Shown in pieces: positions 1-9,283 of a stretch of DNA of 64,000 nucleotides. The DNA is from Alphaproteobacteria bacterium (GTDB lineage Bacteria; Pseudomonadota; Alphaproteobacteria; SP197): NCBI GenBank assembly GCA_965228895.1, contig OZ245842.1:4000001-4064000 (forward strand), read 5' to 3'. Numbering within the stretch: position 1 is the first letter of the stretch; every line of letters starts with the position of its first letter. Both the position numbers and the translations under genes were made by a program. A model generated the notes under the pieces. The model saw only the letters and a program-made list of their open reading frames with translations, did not search any database and was not told where the DNA came from.

Positions 1-429
1 GTATTGCTCGAACAGCGTCGGCACGTCGAGCGCGTGGCGCGTCGCCATCGGGAAGTAGCCACCGAACACCGCAACGTCGACGGGCGCGGCCATCGAGTCA
101 TCGTCGGAATGGACGGCGTCGATGGTGCCCGCCTGCAAGGCGCGGAACAATTCGCCGGTCGGCACCAACTGGTCGGCGTAAAACAGCTCGACTTCAAGCT
201 CGCCGTTGGACGCCGCGTTGATCATGTCGATCGCCGGCTTCGTGACGAACTGCCCCAGCGCCGAACCGGCATAGGTCTGGAACCGCCACCGGATTGGCTC
301 CTGAGCAATGACCGCCGGCGCGGCCAGTGTCGATGCCGCGCCTGCCCCCACAGCCGACACGCCGGCCTTCTTCAGAAAGCCGCGACGGCTCGCCGCTTTG
401 GCCGCTTGTTTGGTTACTTTTTTCGTCAT
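1..429 (-). CDS. dctP: TRAP transporter substrate-binding protein DctP family with Tat signal (3' part runs off the window)
   Basis: Read manually on the minus strand: MTKKVTKQAAKAASRRGFLKKAGVSAVGAGAASTLAAPAVIAQEPIRWRFQTYAG...; twin-Arg SRRGFLK; GGAGG RBS before ATG at 429; follows dctQ-dctM. Confidence 0.9.
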   Translation of the reverse strand, partial: MTKKVTKQAAKAASRRGFLKKAGVSAVGAGAASTLAAPAVIAQEPIRWRFQTYAGSALGQFVTKPAIDMINAASNGELEVELFYADQLVPTGELFRALQAGTIDAVHSDDDSMAAPVDVAVFGGYFPMATRHALDVPTLFEQY

Positions 430-457
430 TTTCTGCCTCCAGGCCTTTCTTTGATTT

Positions 458-482
458 CAGAAAGCCGCCCCTGTGCTTTCTG
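458..482. other. Intercistronic hairpin between dctM and dctP (possible mRNA stabiliser or processing stem)
   Basis: CAGAAAGC-9nt-GCTTTCTG perfect 8-bp stem. Confidence 0.3.
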
Positions 483-494
483 GTTTTTGGTTGC

Positions 495-1820
495 TCAGTT
501 TCCGTAGTGCCATTCGGGCAGCCACAGCGCGATCTCAGGGAACGCCATGGTCAGACCAAGGGCGAGGCACATCACGAAAACGAACGGGATGATCGATCGG
601 TAGATGTCGGCCAGTGTGATTTCCGGTGGCGCCATCGCGCGCATCAAGAAGAGGTTGTAGCCGAACGGCGGGGTCATATAGGCGATCTGGCAGGTGATCG
701 TGTAGAGCACGCCGTACCAAATGAGGTTGAAGCCGAGCTCACCGACCAAGGGCACATAGAGCGGCGCGACGATGACCAGCATCGCCGTGTCATCCAGGAA
801 CATGCCCATGATGATGTAGGAGAGCTGCATCAAGATCAGCACTTCCCACGGGCTGAGCTTGAGGTCGCCGATAAACAGACCCTCGATCGCCTTGACAGCA
901 CCCAAGCCGTCGAAGACGGCGCCAAACGCCAGCGCGGCCAGGATGATCCACATGAACATGCAGGTGACTTCCAGCGTCTTGCGCAGGGTCGTCTCCAGCA
1001 CCTTTCGGTTCAGCCGTCCCTTGACCAGAGCGGCCAGCGTCGCGGCCGTTGCTCCGACGGCCGAGCTTTCAACCAGGCTGGTGACGCCCATGACGAACAG
1101 ACCGGTCATCGAGAAGAAGATGAGAAACGGCAGAATGCCCGCGCGCAGAAGGCCGATCTTTTCCTTCCATGTGATATCGACGCGTTCCGCCTTGGAAAGT
1201 GGCGGGCCCAGATTGGGCTGCAGCTTGCAGCGCACGACGATATAGAGGACGAACAGGAACGCCATCATCAAGCCGGGCAACACGCCGGCCAGCCACAGTT
1301 GTCCGACCGGTTGGCGCGCGATCATGCCGTAGAGCACAAGGACGACGCTGGGCGGCACAAGGATACCGAGCGAACTGCCCGCCTGGATGGTGCCGGTTAC
1401 CATGACCTTGTCGTAGCCGCGCCGCAAAAGCTCCGGCAGCGCGATGGTGGCGCCGATCGCCATGCCGGCAACGGAGAGTCCGTTCATGGCCGAAATCACG
1501 ACCATCAACAGAATGGTGCCGACCGCGAGCCCGCCATGCACCGGACCCATCCAGACGTGGAACATGCGGTAGAGATCGTCGGCGATCCGCGACTCCGACA
1601 TGATGTAGCCCATGAAGACAAACATCGGCAGGGTCAAAAGCGGATACCACTTCATCAACCGGATCGACGCCGAGAACGGCATCACCGAACCGCCGTCGCC
1701 CCACAGCAGAAGCGCCGCCAGACCTGCCACAAATCCGATGGCGCCAAATACACGCTGCCCGGTCAGCAGCATCAGCATCATGGTCGCGAACATCAGGGCA
1801 GCGATGAGTTCGTAACTCAT
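495..1820 (-). CDS. dctM: TRAP transporter large permease DctM
   Basis: Highly hydrophobic; GILVPPSVVLVLYG and QIAYMTPPFG motifs; start MSYELIAALMF overlaps the dctQ stop. Confidence 0.93.
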   Translation of the reverse strand: MSYELIAALMFATMMLMLLTGQRVFGAIGFVAGLAALLLWGDGGSVMPFSASIRLMKWYPLLTLPMFVFMGYIMSESRIADDLYRMFHVWMGPVHGGLAVGTILLMVVISAMNGLSVAGMAIGATIALPELLRRGYDKVMVTGTIQAGSSLGILVPPSVVLVLYGMIARQPVGQLWLAGVLPGLMMAFLFVLYIVVRCKLQPNLGPPLSKAERVDITWKEKIGLLRAGILPFLIFFSMTGLFVMGVTSLVESSAVGATAATLAALVKGRLNRKVLETTLRKTLEVTCMFMWIILAALAFGAVFDGLGAVKAIEGLFIGDLKLSPWEVLILMQLSYIIMGMFLDDTAMLVIVAPLYVPLVGELGFNLIWYGVLYTITCQIAYMTPPFGYNLFLMRAMAPPEITLADIYRSIIPFVFVMCLALGLTMAFPEIALWLPEWHYGN

Positions 1821-2326
1821 GACAGCGACCTCCCGGTGGCTGTCGCCAAGTCCTTGAAGAACTGCGAAATCGCCTGAAGCAGCATCAAGATGATGCCAAA
1901 GGTCATGACCGATTTGACCGGCCACATGAAGGGACGCCAGATCGAATAACTGCGTTCGCCAAACTCGATGGCATAGATCAGGCTCTCGACGCTGCCGTAC
2001 AGCAGCATGACCAGATAGCCGATCATGATCAGCGTCGTGAACGAATCCCACCGGCTCTGCCTCAGCCTGGACCAGTTGCCGTAGAGCAGATCCATGCGCA
2101 CATGGCCGTTGAGCTGCAGGGAATAGGCGCCGCCGACCAGGAAATAGGCGACCATCATGTATTGCGAAAATTCGACGGTCCAAAGGGCGGGGTTGAAGAA
2201 GGTCTTCGCGATCGCCGAATAGAACAGCACGCCGACCATCACGAAGATCATCATCATGACAGCGCGCCCAATCCAATAGTTCGCGCCGTCCACGACGCGG
2301 ACATACGCCTTAATGAATTCTGGCAT
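1817..2326 (-). CDS. dctQ: TRAP transporter small permease DctQ
   Basis: 4 TM helices, GHVRMDLLY motif; start taken at MPEFIKAY. Confidence 0.92.
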   Translation of the reverse strand: MPEFIKAYVRVVDGANYWIGRAVMMMIFVMVGVLFYSAIAKTFFNPALWTVEFSQYMMVAYFLVGGAYSLQLNGHVRMDLLYGNWSRLRQSRWDSFTTLIMIGYLVMLLYGSVESLIYAIEFGERSYSIWRPFMWPVKSVMTFGIILMLLQAISQFFKDLATATGRSLS

Positions 2327-2671
2327 TGATTTGCTCGAACAGGTCCCCCAGACGTCATCGGAACCCAATTCGCCCGAAACATCCAGCTTTCCCGTCGATC
2401 ATCCTGTCAACCCGGCAGACAGGCGACCATCCGGCGTCGCGGCAACGCTTTCCAACGCCGAGCGAGAGGCACAGAACGTCACGATGTGAGCTGCGTGGCC
2501 CTCAAGGATCGACCCCGACAAAGTCGTTTATTCGCAATAGGTTAGATAATGCGCCATCAATCCAGCAGACCGCGCTCGCCAGATTGCACACGGCGAGGCG
2601 CCATTTACAACCGCAGCCGCTGATCGGTCATCACAACAGTGCGACGCAATCCCACAACGTCGGGATCTGCA

Positions 2672-3028
2672 CTAGGTCGCAAGGTCCAAGAACGGTTGAA
2701 AGATCTGCGCGTCGAACGCCTTGAACGTGGCTTTCACCTCATCGCTCACGTCACCGAAGACCTCGACTCTCACGATCTTGGCAATCTCTTCGACATGGCT
2801 GACGTTCTCGCGGGCGTTCTTCATGTGCGCGACCAGCGCGTCGGAATCGGCATAACGTTCCAGCGAGACCGCGACGCTTCGGTCGTCATTGAAGAACTGG
2901 CTGAAAGAGAGCGTACCCGGCTCCTTCGACTTGGCGATTTCCCGTTCCCTTTGGCTGATTTCCGCAAACTCGTCAGCCTTGCCATCAGCGATGGCGAGTT
3001 CGACCAGAACGGTGACCTGCCCACTCAT
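2672..3028 (-). CDS. ABM (antibiotic biosynthesis monooxygenase)/putative quinol monooxygenase family protein
   Basis: 118 aa; EPGTLSF and ERYADSDALVAHM pattern of the dimeric alpha-beta barrel family. Confidence 0.75.
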   Translation of the reverse strand: MSGQVTVLVELAIADGKADEFAEISQREREIAKSKEPGTLSFSQFFNDDRSVAVSLERYADSDALVAHMKNARENVSHVEEIAKIVRVEVFGDVSDEVKATFKAFDAQIFQPFLDLAT

Positions 3029-3186
3029 CTCAAATCTCCCTGTCAGCTTGTTCTCGGACGTTGCGTTGGCTTGAGCCGATACGTGTCTGCCAGCGCAAAT
3101 CTAAACACAGCCGCAAGACGTCGCCAATGTCGACGGTTCGACAGGCGGCCTACCAGATCACGCGATGCCGGATTGCGATGGGCTCG

Positions 3187-4350
3187 TCAGGGGATCGTCT
3201 TGTCCAGGCCCCGCGCGATCTTCTTTTCAGGATCGTAAAACGGCAGATCGACGATCTCGCACGGATGGGTGGATCCGTCCGGCTTGGCCAAGGTCAGCTG
3301 CCGCCCGGACCACGCGCCCGTCTCGGCGAACTGGACGTAGCCGATGTTGCACGCGAGAAAGGGCGAGTAAGCACCGGCTGTCGTGCGCCCGACCACCTGG
3401 TCGCCATCAAGCACCGCGCCGTTCATGACCGGCATCGCATCGGTTGACTTCACGCCATAGATCCGCGTGGCCCTGTCGGCATCGACCAGGGCGTCACGGC
3501 CGATGAAATCGCTTTTGTCCATATCGATGAACCGTTCCAGGCCGGCCTCGAACGGGGTCATCGTCCAATCCATGTCGGTGATGTTGTCGAGAATACCCGC
3601 CTCCAAACGGCGGATCTCCATGGAACTGCCGCCGGAGAACTCCATGCCGTGCGGTTCCCCGGCGGCCATCAGATGATCCCACAGCCGCGGATAATCGGTC
3701 TTGTCGCCTTGGCTATAGACTTCGAAGCCAAGCTCGCCCGTCCAACCGGTTCGCGAAACATAGAGCTCCTGTCCCCCGAGATCGAAGAAGCCGGCATGGA
3801 AGTACCCCATGCTTTCGTCGATCGCGCCATCGGAGGCCATGCGCATAATCTCGAGTGAGGCCGGACCCTGGATTTGAAGCACGCGCGACTTGGGATCGCT
3901 GACCTCAATCTCGAAGCCGCCGCTGTGGGCAATCAACCAGGTCTCCAGCGCGCCGTCGGGCTGCACGTACCAGAAACGATTCTCCGCAAGCTTGAACAGC
4001 AGGCCGTCCATGAAGACCCCGCCTTGCGGCGTGCAGGCGATCGCATAGCGCCCGCGACCTTCCTTTAGCGTCGCGACATGTCGCGCGAGAACCTTGTCCA
4101 GAAACGGCACGACGTCGGGCCCCGAGATCTCCACCGGCCGTTCGGGCACGTCGTAGATCGCCGCCTTGCGCCGGAGCGCCCAGTATTTCTCAGCGGGATC
4201 GTCGCCGTTGAACATCGGATAGAGGCGCCCGGCATAGACACCGCACACCATGTCCGGGCGGCTGTAGCAGGGGAAGTAGGGCGATTGCTCGAACCGCCTC
4301 GCGCTGATGGGCACGGTCCGGCTGGCATCGCCGTGGATGGACTCGCTCAT
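3187..4350 (-). CDS. GcvT-family folate-dependent aminomethyltransferase/demethylase (DmdA-like paralog)
   Basis: IYDVPERPVEISGPD, VSRTGWTGELGFEVY, IRRLEAGI, TPFEAGL, LPFYDPEK motifs. Confidence 0.85.
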   Translation of the reverse strand: MSESIHGDASRTVPISARRFEQSPYFPCYSRPDMVCGVYAGRLYPMFNGDDPAEKYWALRRKAAIYDVPERPVEISGPDVVPFLDKVLARHVATLKEGRGRYAIACTPQGGVFMDGLLFKLAENRFWYVQPDGALETWLIAHSGGFEIEVSDPKSRVLQIQGPASLEIMRMASDGAIDESMGYFHAGFFDLGGQELYVSRTGWTGELGFEVYSQGDKTDYPRLWDHLMAAGEPHGMEFSGGSSMEIRRLEAGILDNITDMDWTMTPFEAGLERFIDMDKSDFIGRDALVDADRATRIYGVKSTDAMPVMNGAVLDGDQVVGRTTAGAYSPFLACNIGYVQFAETGAWSGRQLTLAKPDGSTHPCEIVDLPFYDPEKKIARGLDKTIP

Positions 4351-4502
4351 GGCGCTTGGCCTCCCTTGGTTGCTTAGCGCAGAGATACTTAACAGTCCTT
4401 AGGTGACTTTGCAGCGCAGCGCGCCAATAGAACAAAGCCTTTCTAGCGGATGAATGTAGTATTCCTGGTCGGGACCACCGAGTCATTTGAACTGACCCCA
4501 AT

Positions 4503-4519
4503 GGTTAGATAAACTTACT
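4503..4519. promoter_or_regulatory. Candidate LysR (GcvA-type) binding site
   Basis: GGTTAG-ATAAA-CTTACT imperfect dyad immediately before the LysR start, in the divergent intergenic region. Confidence 0.4.
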
Positions 4520-4522
4520 TTT

Positions 4523-5470
4523 ATGGAATCGTGGCTTCCGTCGTTGAACGCCCTTCGGGCCTTTGAGACCGTGGCGCGGCATTTGAACTACCGCAAAGCC
4601 GCCGAGGAGCTTCACGTCAGCCCGGCGGCGGTCAAACAACTGGTGCGAAAGCTCGAAGACACGACGGGAACAGCACTGCTTGAACGCCGCGGCCGTGGCC
4701 TGGCCCTGACCGAAACAGGCGCGGTTGCGGCTCAGGATCTCTCAAGGGGTTTTCGGCAGATTGTCGATGCCGTCGACACCATGCGCCAAACCGATCGCGG
4801 CCGGCGTCTGATCATCACAAGCGACCCGTCGTTCGCAGCGGTCTGGCTCGTGCCAAGGCTGGAGACGTTCAAAGTGCAAAACCCGACGATCGACGTGCTG
4901 GTCGATTCCTCACCACAGATTGCCGACCTTCAAGGTGGCGCGGCGGATATCGCCATTCGCTTCGGCGTACCGCGTGATGACACCATGTTGTGCCACCGAC
5001 TGTTCGACGAAGAGTTTGGCGCGTATTGCAGCCCGTCACTGGCCAACGGCGAACCGGGCCTGCGCGACATCGAAGATCTCGAGCGCGTTCCCTTGCTGCG
5101 CTGGGATCTCTCGCAGTTCAGCTGGGCCTCGGTCACAGCCAGATGGAACGGCTGGCGCCATTGGCTGGAAGAGGTCGGCGCGCCCCATGTTCGGCCCCGG
5201 GCAGGGTTGCGCTTCAATGACTATAATCTGGCGTTGCAGGCTGCCATTGCCGGCCAAGGCGTCATCCTGGGCAGCGCCCCCATCCTGCGCGATCTGGTCG
5301 ACGCCAAGCTGCTTGTCAGCCCCTTCCGCGAGGTCGCCGTGACCGACATTGGTTACGATCTCGTCACAACACCGGCCGCCGTCGCGCGCACCGAGGTCGC
5401 GTCGTTTCGAGATTGGATCATGTCGGAGGCACGGTCCCAGCGGGCCGCGATGGATGTCCCGGCGACCTAG
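4523..5470 (+). CDS. LysR family transcriptional regulator, GcvA-like
   Basis: LPSLNALRAFETVARHL...AAEELHVSPAAV HTH; WLVPRL; divergent from the GcvT-like gene. Confidence 0.93.
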   Translation: MESWLPSLNALRAFETVARHLNYRKAAEELHVSPAAVKQLVRKLEDTTGTALLERRGRGLALTETGAVAAQDLSRGFRQIVDAVDTMRQTDRGRRLIITSDPSFAAVWLVPRLETFKVQNPTIDVLVDSSPQIADLQGGAADIAIRFGVPRDDTMLCHRLFDEEFGAYCSPSLANGEPGLRDIEDLERVPLLRWDLSQFSWASVTARWNGWRHWLEEVGAPHVRPRAGLRFNDYNLALQAAIAGQGVILGSAPILRDLVDAKLLVSPFREVAVTDIGYDLVTTPAAVARTEVASFRDWIMSEARSQRAAMDVPAT

Positions 5471-6231
5471 ATCCCGACCACCGGATCGCCGCCATTGGGA
5501 CACAATACCTGGCCGGTGTAGTAGGCGCCGCCGGGCGCCATCAAGAAGACGGCCGTGGCGGCGATCTCGTCCGGCGTCGCCCAGCGTTTGACCAGATTGT
5601 CTTGCGCTTCCTCATGGACCGCGTCGATGCCGTGCGCCAGTGTCATCGGCGTCATCACGACACCCGGCGCGATCGCGTTGACCAGGATGCCCGAGGGCGC
5701 CAACTCCTTGGCCCAGGCCTTGGTCAGGCCGATCAGCGCCGCCTTGGCACCCGAATAGTGCGACCCCAACGTGAAGCCGACCTGCCCCCGGTTCGATGCG
5801 ATGTTGACGATGCGCCCATAGTTCTGCCGCCTCATCCCCGGCACCACCATCTGGGTGACCTGAAAGGCGCCCTTCACGTGGACCGCGAACATACGGTCGA
5901 AGTCTTCCTCCGTGACGTCGACCAGCTCGCCCGGTCCCATCAGGCCGACGCCGGCGTTGTTGACCAGGAGATCGACATCGCCCTGTTCGGTAACAGCCTT
6001 GTCGAATGCCGCCTGCATCGCGGCCGCGTCGCGAATGTCGACAGGCATGGTCGCGACATCGACACCCAGCTCGCCAATCTCCGCCGCAGCCGCGGCAAGT
6101 TCGTCGGTCTTGATGTCGTGCAGGATAATCGAAGCGCCGTGTTCGGCCAGGCGATACGCGATGGCCTTGCCGATGCCGTCCGCCGAACCGGTCACCAAGG
6201 CGACCATGCCGACAAATTCGCGGCCGATCAT
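5467..6231 (-). CDS. Short-chain dehydrogenase/reductase (FabG-like)
   Basis: [24 protein letters not shown]; start overlaps the lysS stop (ATGA). Confidence 0.9.
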   Translation of the reverse strand: MIGREFVGMVALVTGSADGIGKAIAYRLAEHGASIILHDIKTDELAAAAAEIGELGVDVATMPVDIRDAAAMQAAFDKAVTEQGDVDLLVNNAGVGLMGPGELVDVTEEDFDRMFAVHVKGAFQVTQMVVPGMRRQNYGRIVNIASNRGQVGFTLGSHYSGAKAALIGLTKAWAKELAPSGILVNAIAPGVVMTPMTLAHGIDAVHEEAQDNLVKRWATPDEIAATAVFLMAPGGAYYTGQVLCPNGGDPVVGI

Positions 6232-7832
6232 GCCGCCGGCGCGCCGCCCGCGACGAGGTCGCCACGCAAGGCCTCTTCGATCAGCGCCAGGGTTTCGCTC
6301 TTGCCATAGAGCGCCACGAACGAGCCGAAGCGCGGCCCCTGGCTCTGGCCGAGCAGCACCTCATAGAGCGCCTTGAACCAGGCGCGCAATGGATCGAACC
6401 CGTGCTCCTTACCGACCGCATAGACCTCGGTCTGAATGGTCTCGCTGTCCGCGTCGTCCGGCAGGGCGGCGATGCGTCCCGCCAGATCCTCCATGGCTTT
6501 GTGTTCCATGTCGGTGGCCGCGCGAAACACGCGCTCGGGCTTGACGATGTCCTGGTAATAGTTGACCGCCAGACCGGCGAGCTGGTCCAGCAACGGCGCG
6601 GTTTCCGCCGTCGTGCCCGGCAGGTAGCGGCTGATGAAACCCCACAAGACACTGCGGTCTTCGGCGTTGCACACACTCGCCAGGTTCAGCAGGACCGCGT
6701 AACTTAGCGGCTGTTCGTCAAGTGTCGGCTCGCCGTTGTGGATATGCCACAGCGGGTTGTCGATGCGCTTGGCGGGATCCTCGTCCTTGGCGTACTGCGC
6801 GGTATAGGCGGCGTAGTCGTCGACGTTCTTCGGGATGACATCGAAGAAGAGCTTTTTCGCTGTCCTCGGCTTCACGTACATGAAGAGCGACAGGCTGTCC
6901 TCGGTACCGTAGCGCAGCCACTCCTCGATGGTCAGGCCGTTGCCACGCGACTTCGAGATCTTTTCGCCGTTCTCGTCGAGGAAGAGCTCGTAGTGAAAAC
7001 CGGCCGGCGGGTTTCCGCCCAGGACCTTCAGGATGGTGTTGGCGACCTTGACCGAGTCGATCAGGTCCTTGCCCGACATTTCGTAGTCGACATCCAGGGC
7101 CTTCCAGCGCATCGCCCAGTCCGGGCGCCAGTTGAGCTTGCAGTGGCCGCCGGTGACCGGGACTTCAGTGACCGTGCCGTCCTCGTCCTCGAACGTAAAC
7201 GTGCCGGCTTCAGGATCCGTCGCGATCGTCGGCACCTGCAGAACCTTGCCGGTCTTTGGCGAGATCGGCAGGAACGGCGAATAGGTCTGGCGGCGCTCCT
7301 CGCGCAGCGTCTTCAGCATGATCGCCATGACGTCGTCGTAATGGCGCAGCACGTTTAGGAGTTCATCGTCGAAGCGGCCGCTGGTGTACCAGTCGGTCGA
7401 ACTCTGGAACTCGTACTCGAAACCGAACTGGTCCAGGAACGCGCGCAGGCGTGCGTTGTTGTGATGGCCGAAGCTTTCGTATTCGTTCGAGAAGGGATCG
7501 GGCACCTTGGTCAAAGGCTGGCCGATGTACTCCTCCATCATCGCCTTGTTCGGCACGTTATCCGGCACCTTGCGCAGGCCGTCCATGTCGTCGGAAAACG
7601 CGAACAGCCGCGTCGGCATGTCGCTCAAGACCGAGAACGCGTGACGCACCATGGTCGTGCGCACGACCTCGCCGAACGTACCGATATGCGGCAGGCCGGA
7701 GGGACCGTAGCCGGTCTCGAACAGCACGTAGCCTTTCTCCGGCAGCTTGCCGTCGAGCCGTTTGATCAGCTTGCGCGCTTCCTCGAACGGCCATGCCTTG
7801 CTGTCCTGGGCGAGCTCGCGAAGCGACGCCAT
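6228..7832 (-). CDS. lysS: Lysine--tRNA ligase, class I
   Basis: [18 protein letters not shown] (HIGH-like), KISKSRGNG (KMSKS-like), C-terminal [11 protein letters not shown]; GGAGG RBS. Confidence 0.97.
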   Translation of the reverse strand: MASLRELAQDSKAWPFEEARKLIKRLDGKLPEKGYVLFETGYGPSGLPHIGTFGEVVRTTMVRHAFSVLSDMPTRLFAFSDDMDGLRKVPDNVPNKAMMEEYIGQPLTKVPDPFSNEYESFGHHNNARLRAFLDQFGFEYEFQSSTDWYTSGRFDDELLNVLRHYDDVMAIMLKTLREERRQTYSPFLPISPKTGKVLQVPTIATDPEAGTFTFEDEDGTVTEVPVTGGHCKLNWRPDWAMRWKALDVDYEMSGKDLIDSVKVANTILKVLGGNPPAGFHYELFLDENGEKISKSRGNGLTIEEWLRYGTEDSLSLFMYVKPRTAKKLFFDVIPKNVDDYAAYTAQYAKDEDPAKRIDNPLWHIHNGEPTLDEQPLSYAVLLNLASVCNAEDRSVLWGFISRYLPGTTAETAPLLDQLAGLAVNYYQDIVKPERVFRAATDMEHKAMEDLAGRIAALPDDADSETIQTEVYAVGKEHGFDPLRAWFKALYEVLLGQSQGPRFGSFVALYGKSETLALIEEALRGDLVAGGAPAA

Positions 7833-7918
7833 CGGTCTGTCCTCCAAGTGTAGAAAGCGCGGCGGACCCTATGTGGATGGCGCCTGGGCGTCAATTGATT
7901 GCGATCACACGCCCGCCG

Positions 7919-8503
7919 TTAACCGTTGCCTCCCAGATCTTCGATCAGCCTGTAGTCGGTCGGCGGATCGGCGCACACGCCGGGCCCGCATTCGATCAGC
8001 GTCGAAACGGCGTTGCCCACCGTCAGCACCAGCATCAGGACGAAGGCGAACTTGGCGAGCTTGTGCCCGCCGAACTTTTCGTGGCCCGGCTGATCTTTCA
8101 GCGGCGTTTTGTACTGGCCTTCGAACAGCAGCATGACCGCGGTACCGACCAGCACCAGGAAGAACGCGATGCCGGCCCAGGTGTAGTAGTGCAGGCCCAG
8201 GAACGGCGAGCCATAGGCGCCGGTCCCCGGAATGATGTGCAAGAGGATCTGCCGGATTGAGACAGACATGCCAAACAGACCGCCGATCAGCATGATGCCG
8301 TAGTGGTGCGGTTTGGCGCCGTAGATCAGGTTGAGTGACAGGCCGAAGCCGACCGCGACCAGGCCTACCCGCTGCAACAGGCAGAGTGGGCACGGCAGCT
8401 CGTCGAGAGCAAACTGGAACGCGTAGGCCGCGATCAGGATGAAACAGATGACCAGCAGGCCGATGGCGTTCAGGGTCCGTGACGGATGGGGTGCAACAAT
8501 CAT
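7919..8503 (-). CDS. Disulfide bond formation protein DsbB family
   Basis: ELPCPLCLLQR CxxC, RQILLHI, TM helices, second Cys pair ECGPGVC near the C-terminus. Confidence 0.88.
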   Translation of the reverse strand: MIVAPHPSRTLNAIGLLVICFILIAAYAFQFALDELPCPLCLLQRVGLVAVGFGLSLNLIYGAKPHHYGIMLIGGLFGMSVSIRQILLHIIPGTGAYGSPFLGLHYYTWAGIAFFLVLVGTAVMLLFEGQYKTPLKDQPGHEKFGGHKLAKFAFVLMLVLTVGNAVSTLIECGPGVCADPPTDYRLIEDLGGNG

Positions 8504-8513
8504 CGCCCGGCCC

Positions 8514-8669
8514 TCACAACTTGATCTCGAGCGTTGTCGTCGCGTGGTAGTCGAACCAGTAGATGCTCAACAGGATCGACACGGCGAACAACCAATAGGC
8601 CGACCGCCAGCGGTCGAACCAGGCCAGCACCATCGCTACCGCGAACAAGGCAAAGAGAAGCGCAATCAT
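8514..8669 (-). CDS. Small 51-aa membrane protein (DUF5993-like) upstream of dsbB; not in the ORF track
   Basis: Read manually: MIALLFALFAVAMVLAWFDRWRSAYWLFAVSILLSIYWFDYHATTTLEIKL*; GAGG RBS; 10 bp before the dsbB start. Confidence 0.8.
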   Translation of the reverse strand: MIALLFALFAVAMVLAWFDRWRSAYWLFAVSILLSIYWFDYHATTTLEIKL

Positions 8670-8823
8670 GACCTCACCCCCCACAGGATCCGTCTACCCC
8701 AAACAATCATAGCACGATACGTCACCGGTTCGCTCACCCGCACGCCGCGATCATGAGCGCGTGTGTCATGACACCGATGCCACGACGTGCTTACATCACC
8801 GTCTCCCAAGATCGGAAGGTCAC

Positions 8824-9183
8824 ATGACGCAACACGAAGGTGGCTGTCACTGCGGCAAGGTCCGGTTCCGAATCGCCGCGCCCGCGGACATCACGGTTCT
8901 CGACTGCACCTGCACGATTTGTCAGATGATCGGCTATCAGCATCTGATCGTGCCGACATCGGACTTTGAGCTGACCCAGGGTGAAGACAGCCTGACCCTC
9001 TATACCTTCAACACAGGCATCGCGAAGCACTACTTCTGCTCGGTGTGCGGCATCAAGTCGTTCTACATTCCGCGCTCCCATCCCAACGACGTCAGCGTCA
9101 ACGCCCGGTGTCTGGATCCCGGCACCGTCACCAGCGTGACGACCAAGGTGTTCGACGACGCCACGCGGTCGATTCAGGATTGA
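8824..9183 (+). CDS. GFA/CENP-V family Zn-binding protein
   Basis: HEGGCHCG, CTCTIC, HYFCSVCG motifs. Confidence 0.9.
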   Translation: MTQHEGGCHCGKVRFRIAAPADITVLDCTCTICQMIGYQHLIVPTSDFELTQGEDSLTLYTFNTGIAKHYFCSVCGIKSFYIPRSHPNDVSVNARCLDPGTVTSVTTKVFDDATRSIQD

Positions 9184-9283
9184 GTTCTTGCCGGCAGCGG
9201 AGCCTGCCAGCAGACAACGAGCATGATGGGCGAGGCCTTCGTTTCGGCTGGCCCTCGGCATGCTGACGCTATAGTGCTGACCC

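Noticed and set aside
327-1877. Long antisense or alternate-frame ORFs (e.g. 327-1877, 27024-28550, 21163-22398, 53556-54863)
   Set aside because: Shadow ORFs of real genes in high-GC DNA; Arg/His/Gln-rich with no motifs
3187-4350. Naming the gene dmdA or gcvT
   Set aside because: Fold-level motifs only; no gcvH/gcvP or acuI/dmdBCD context
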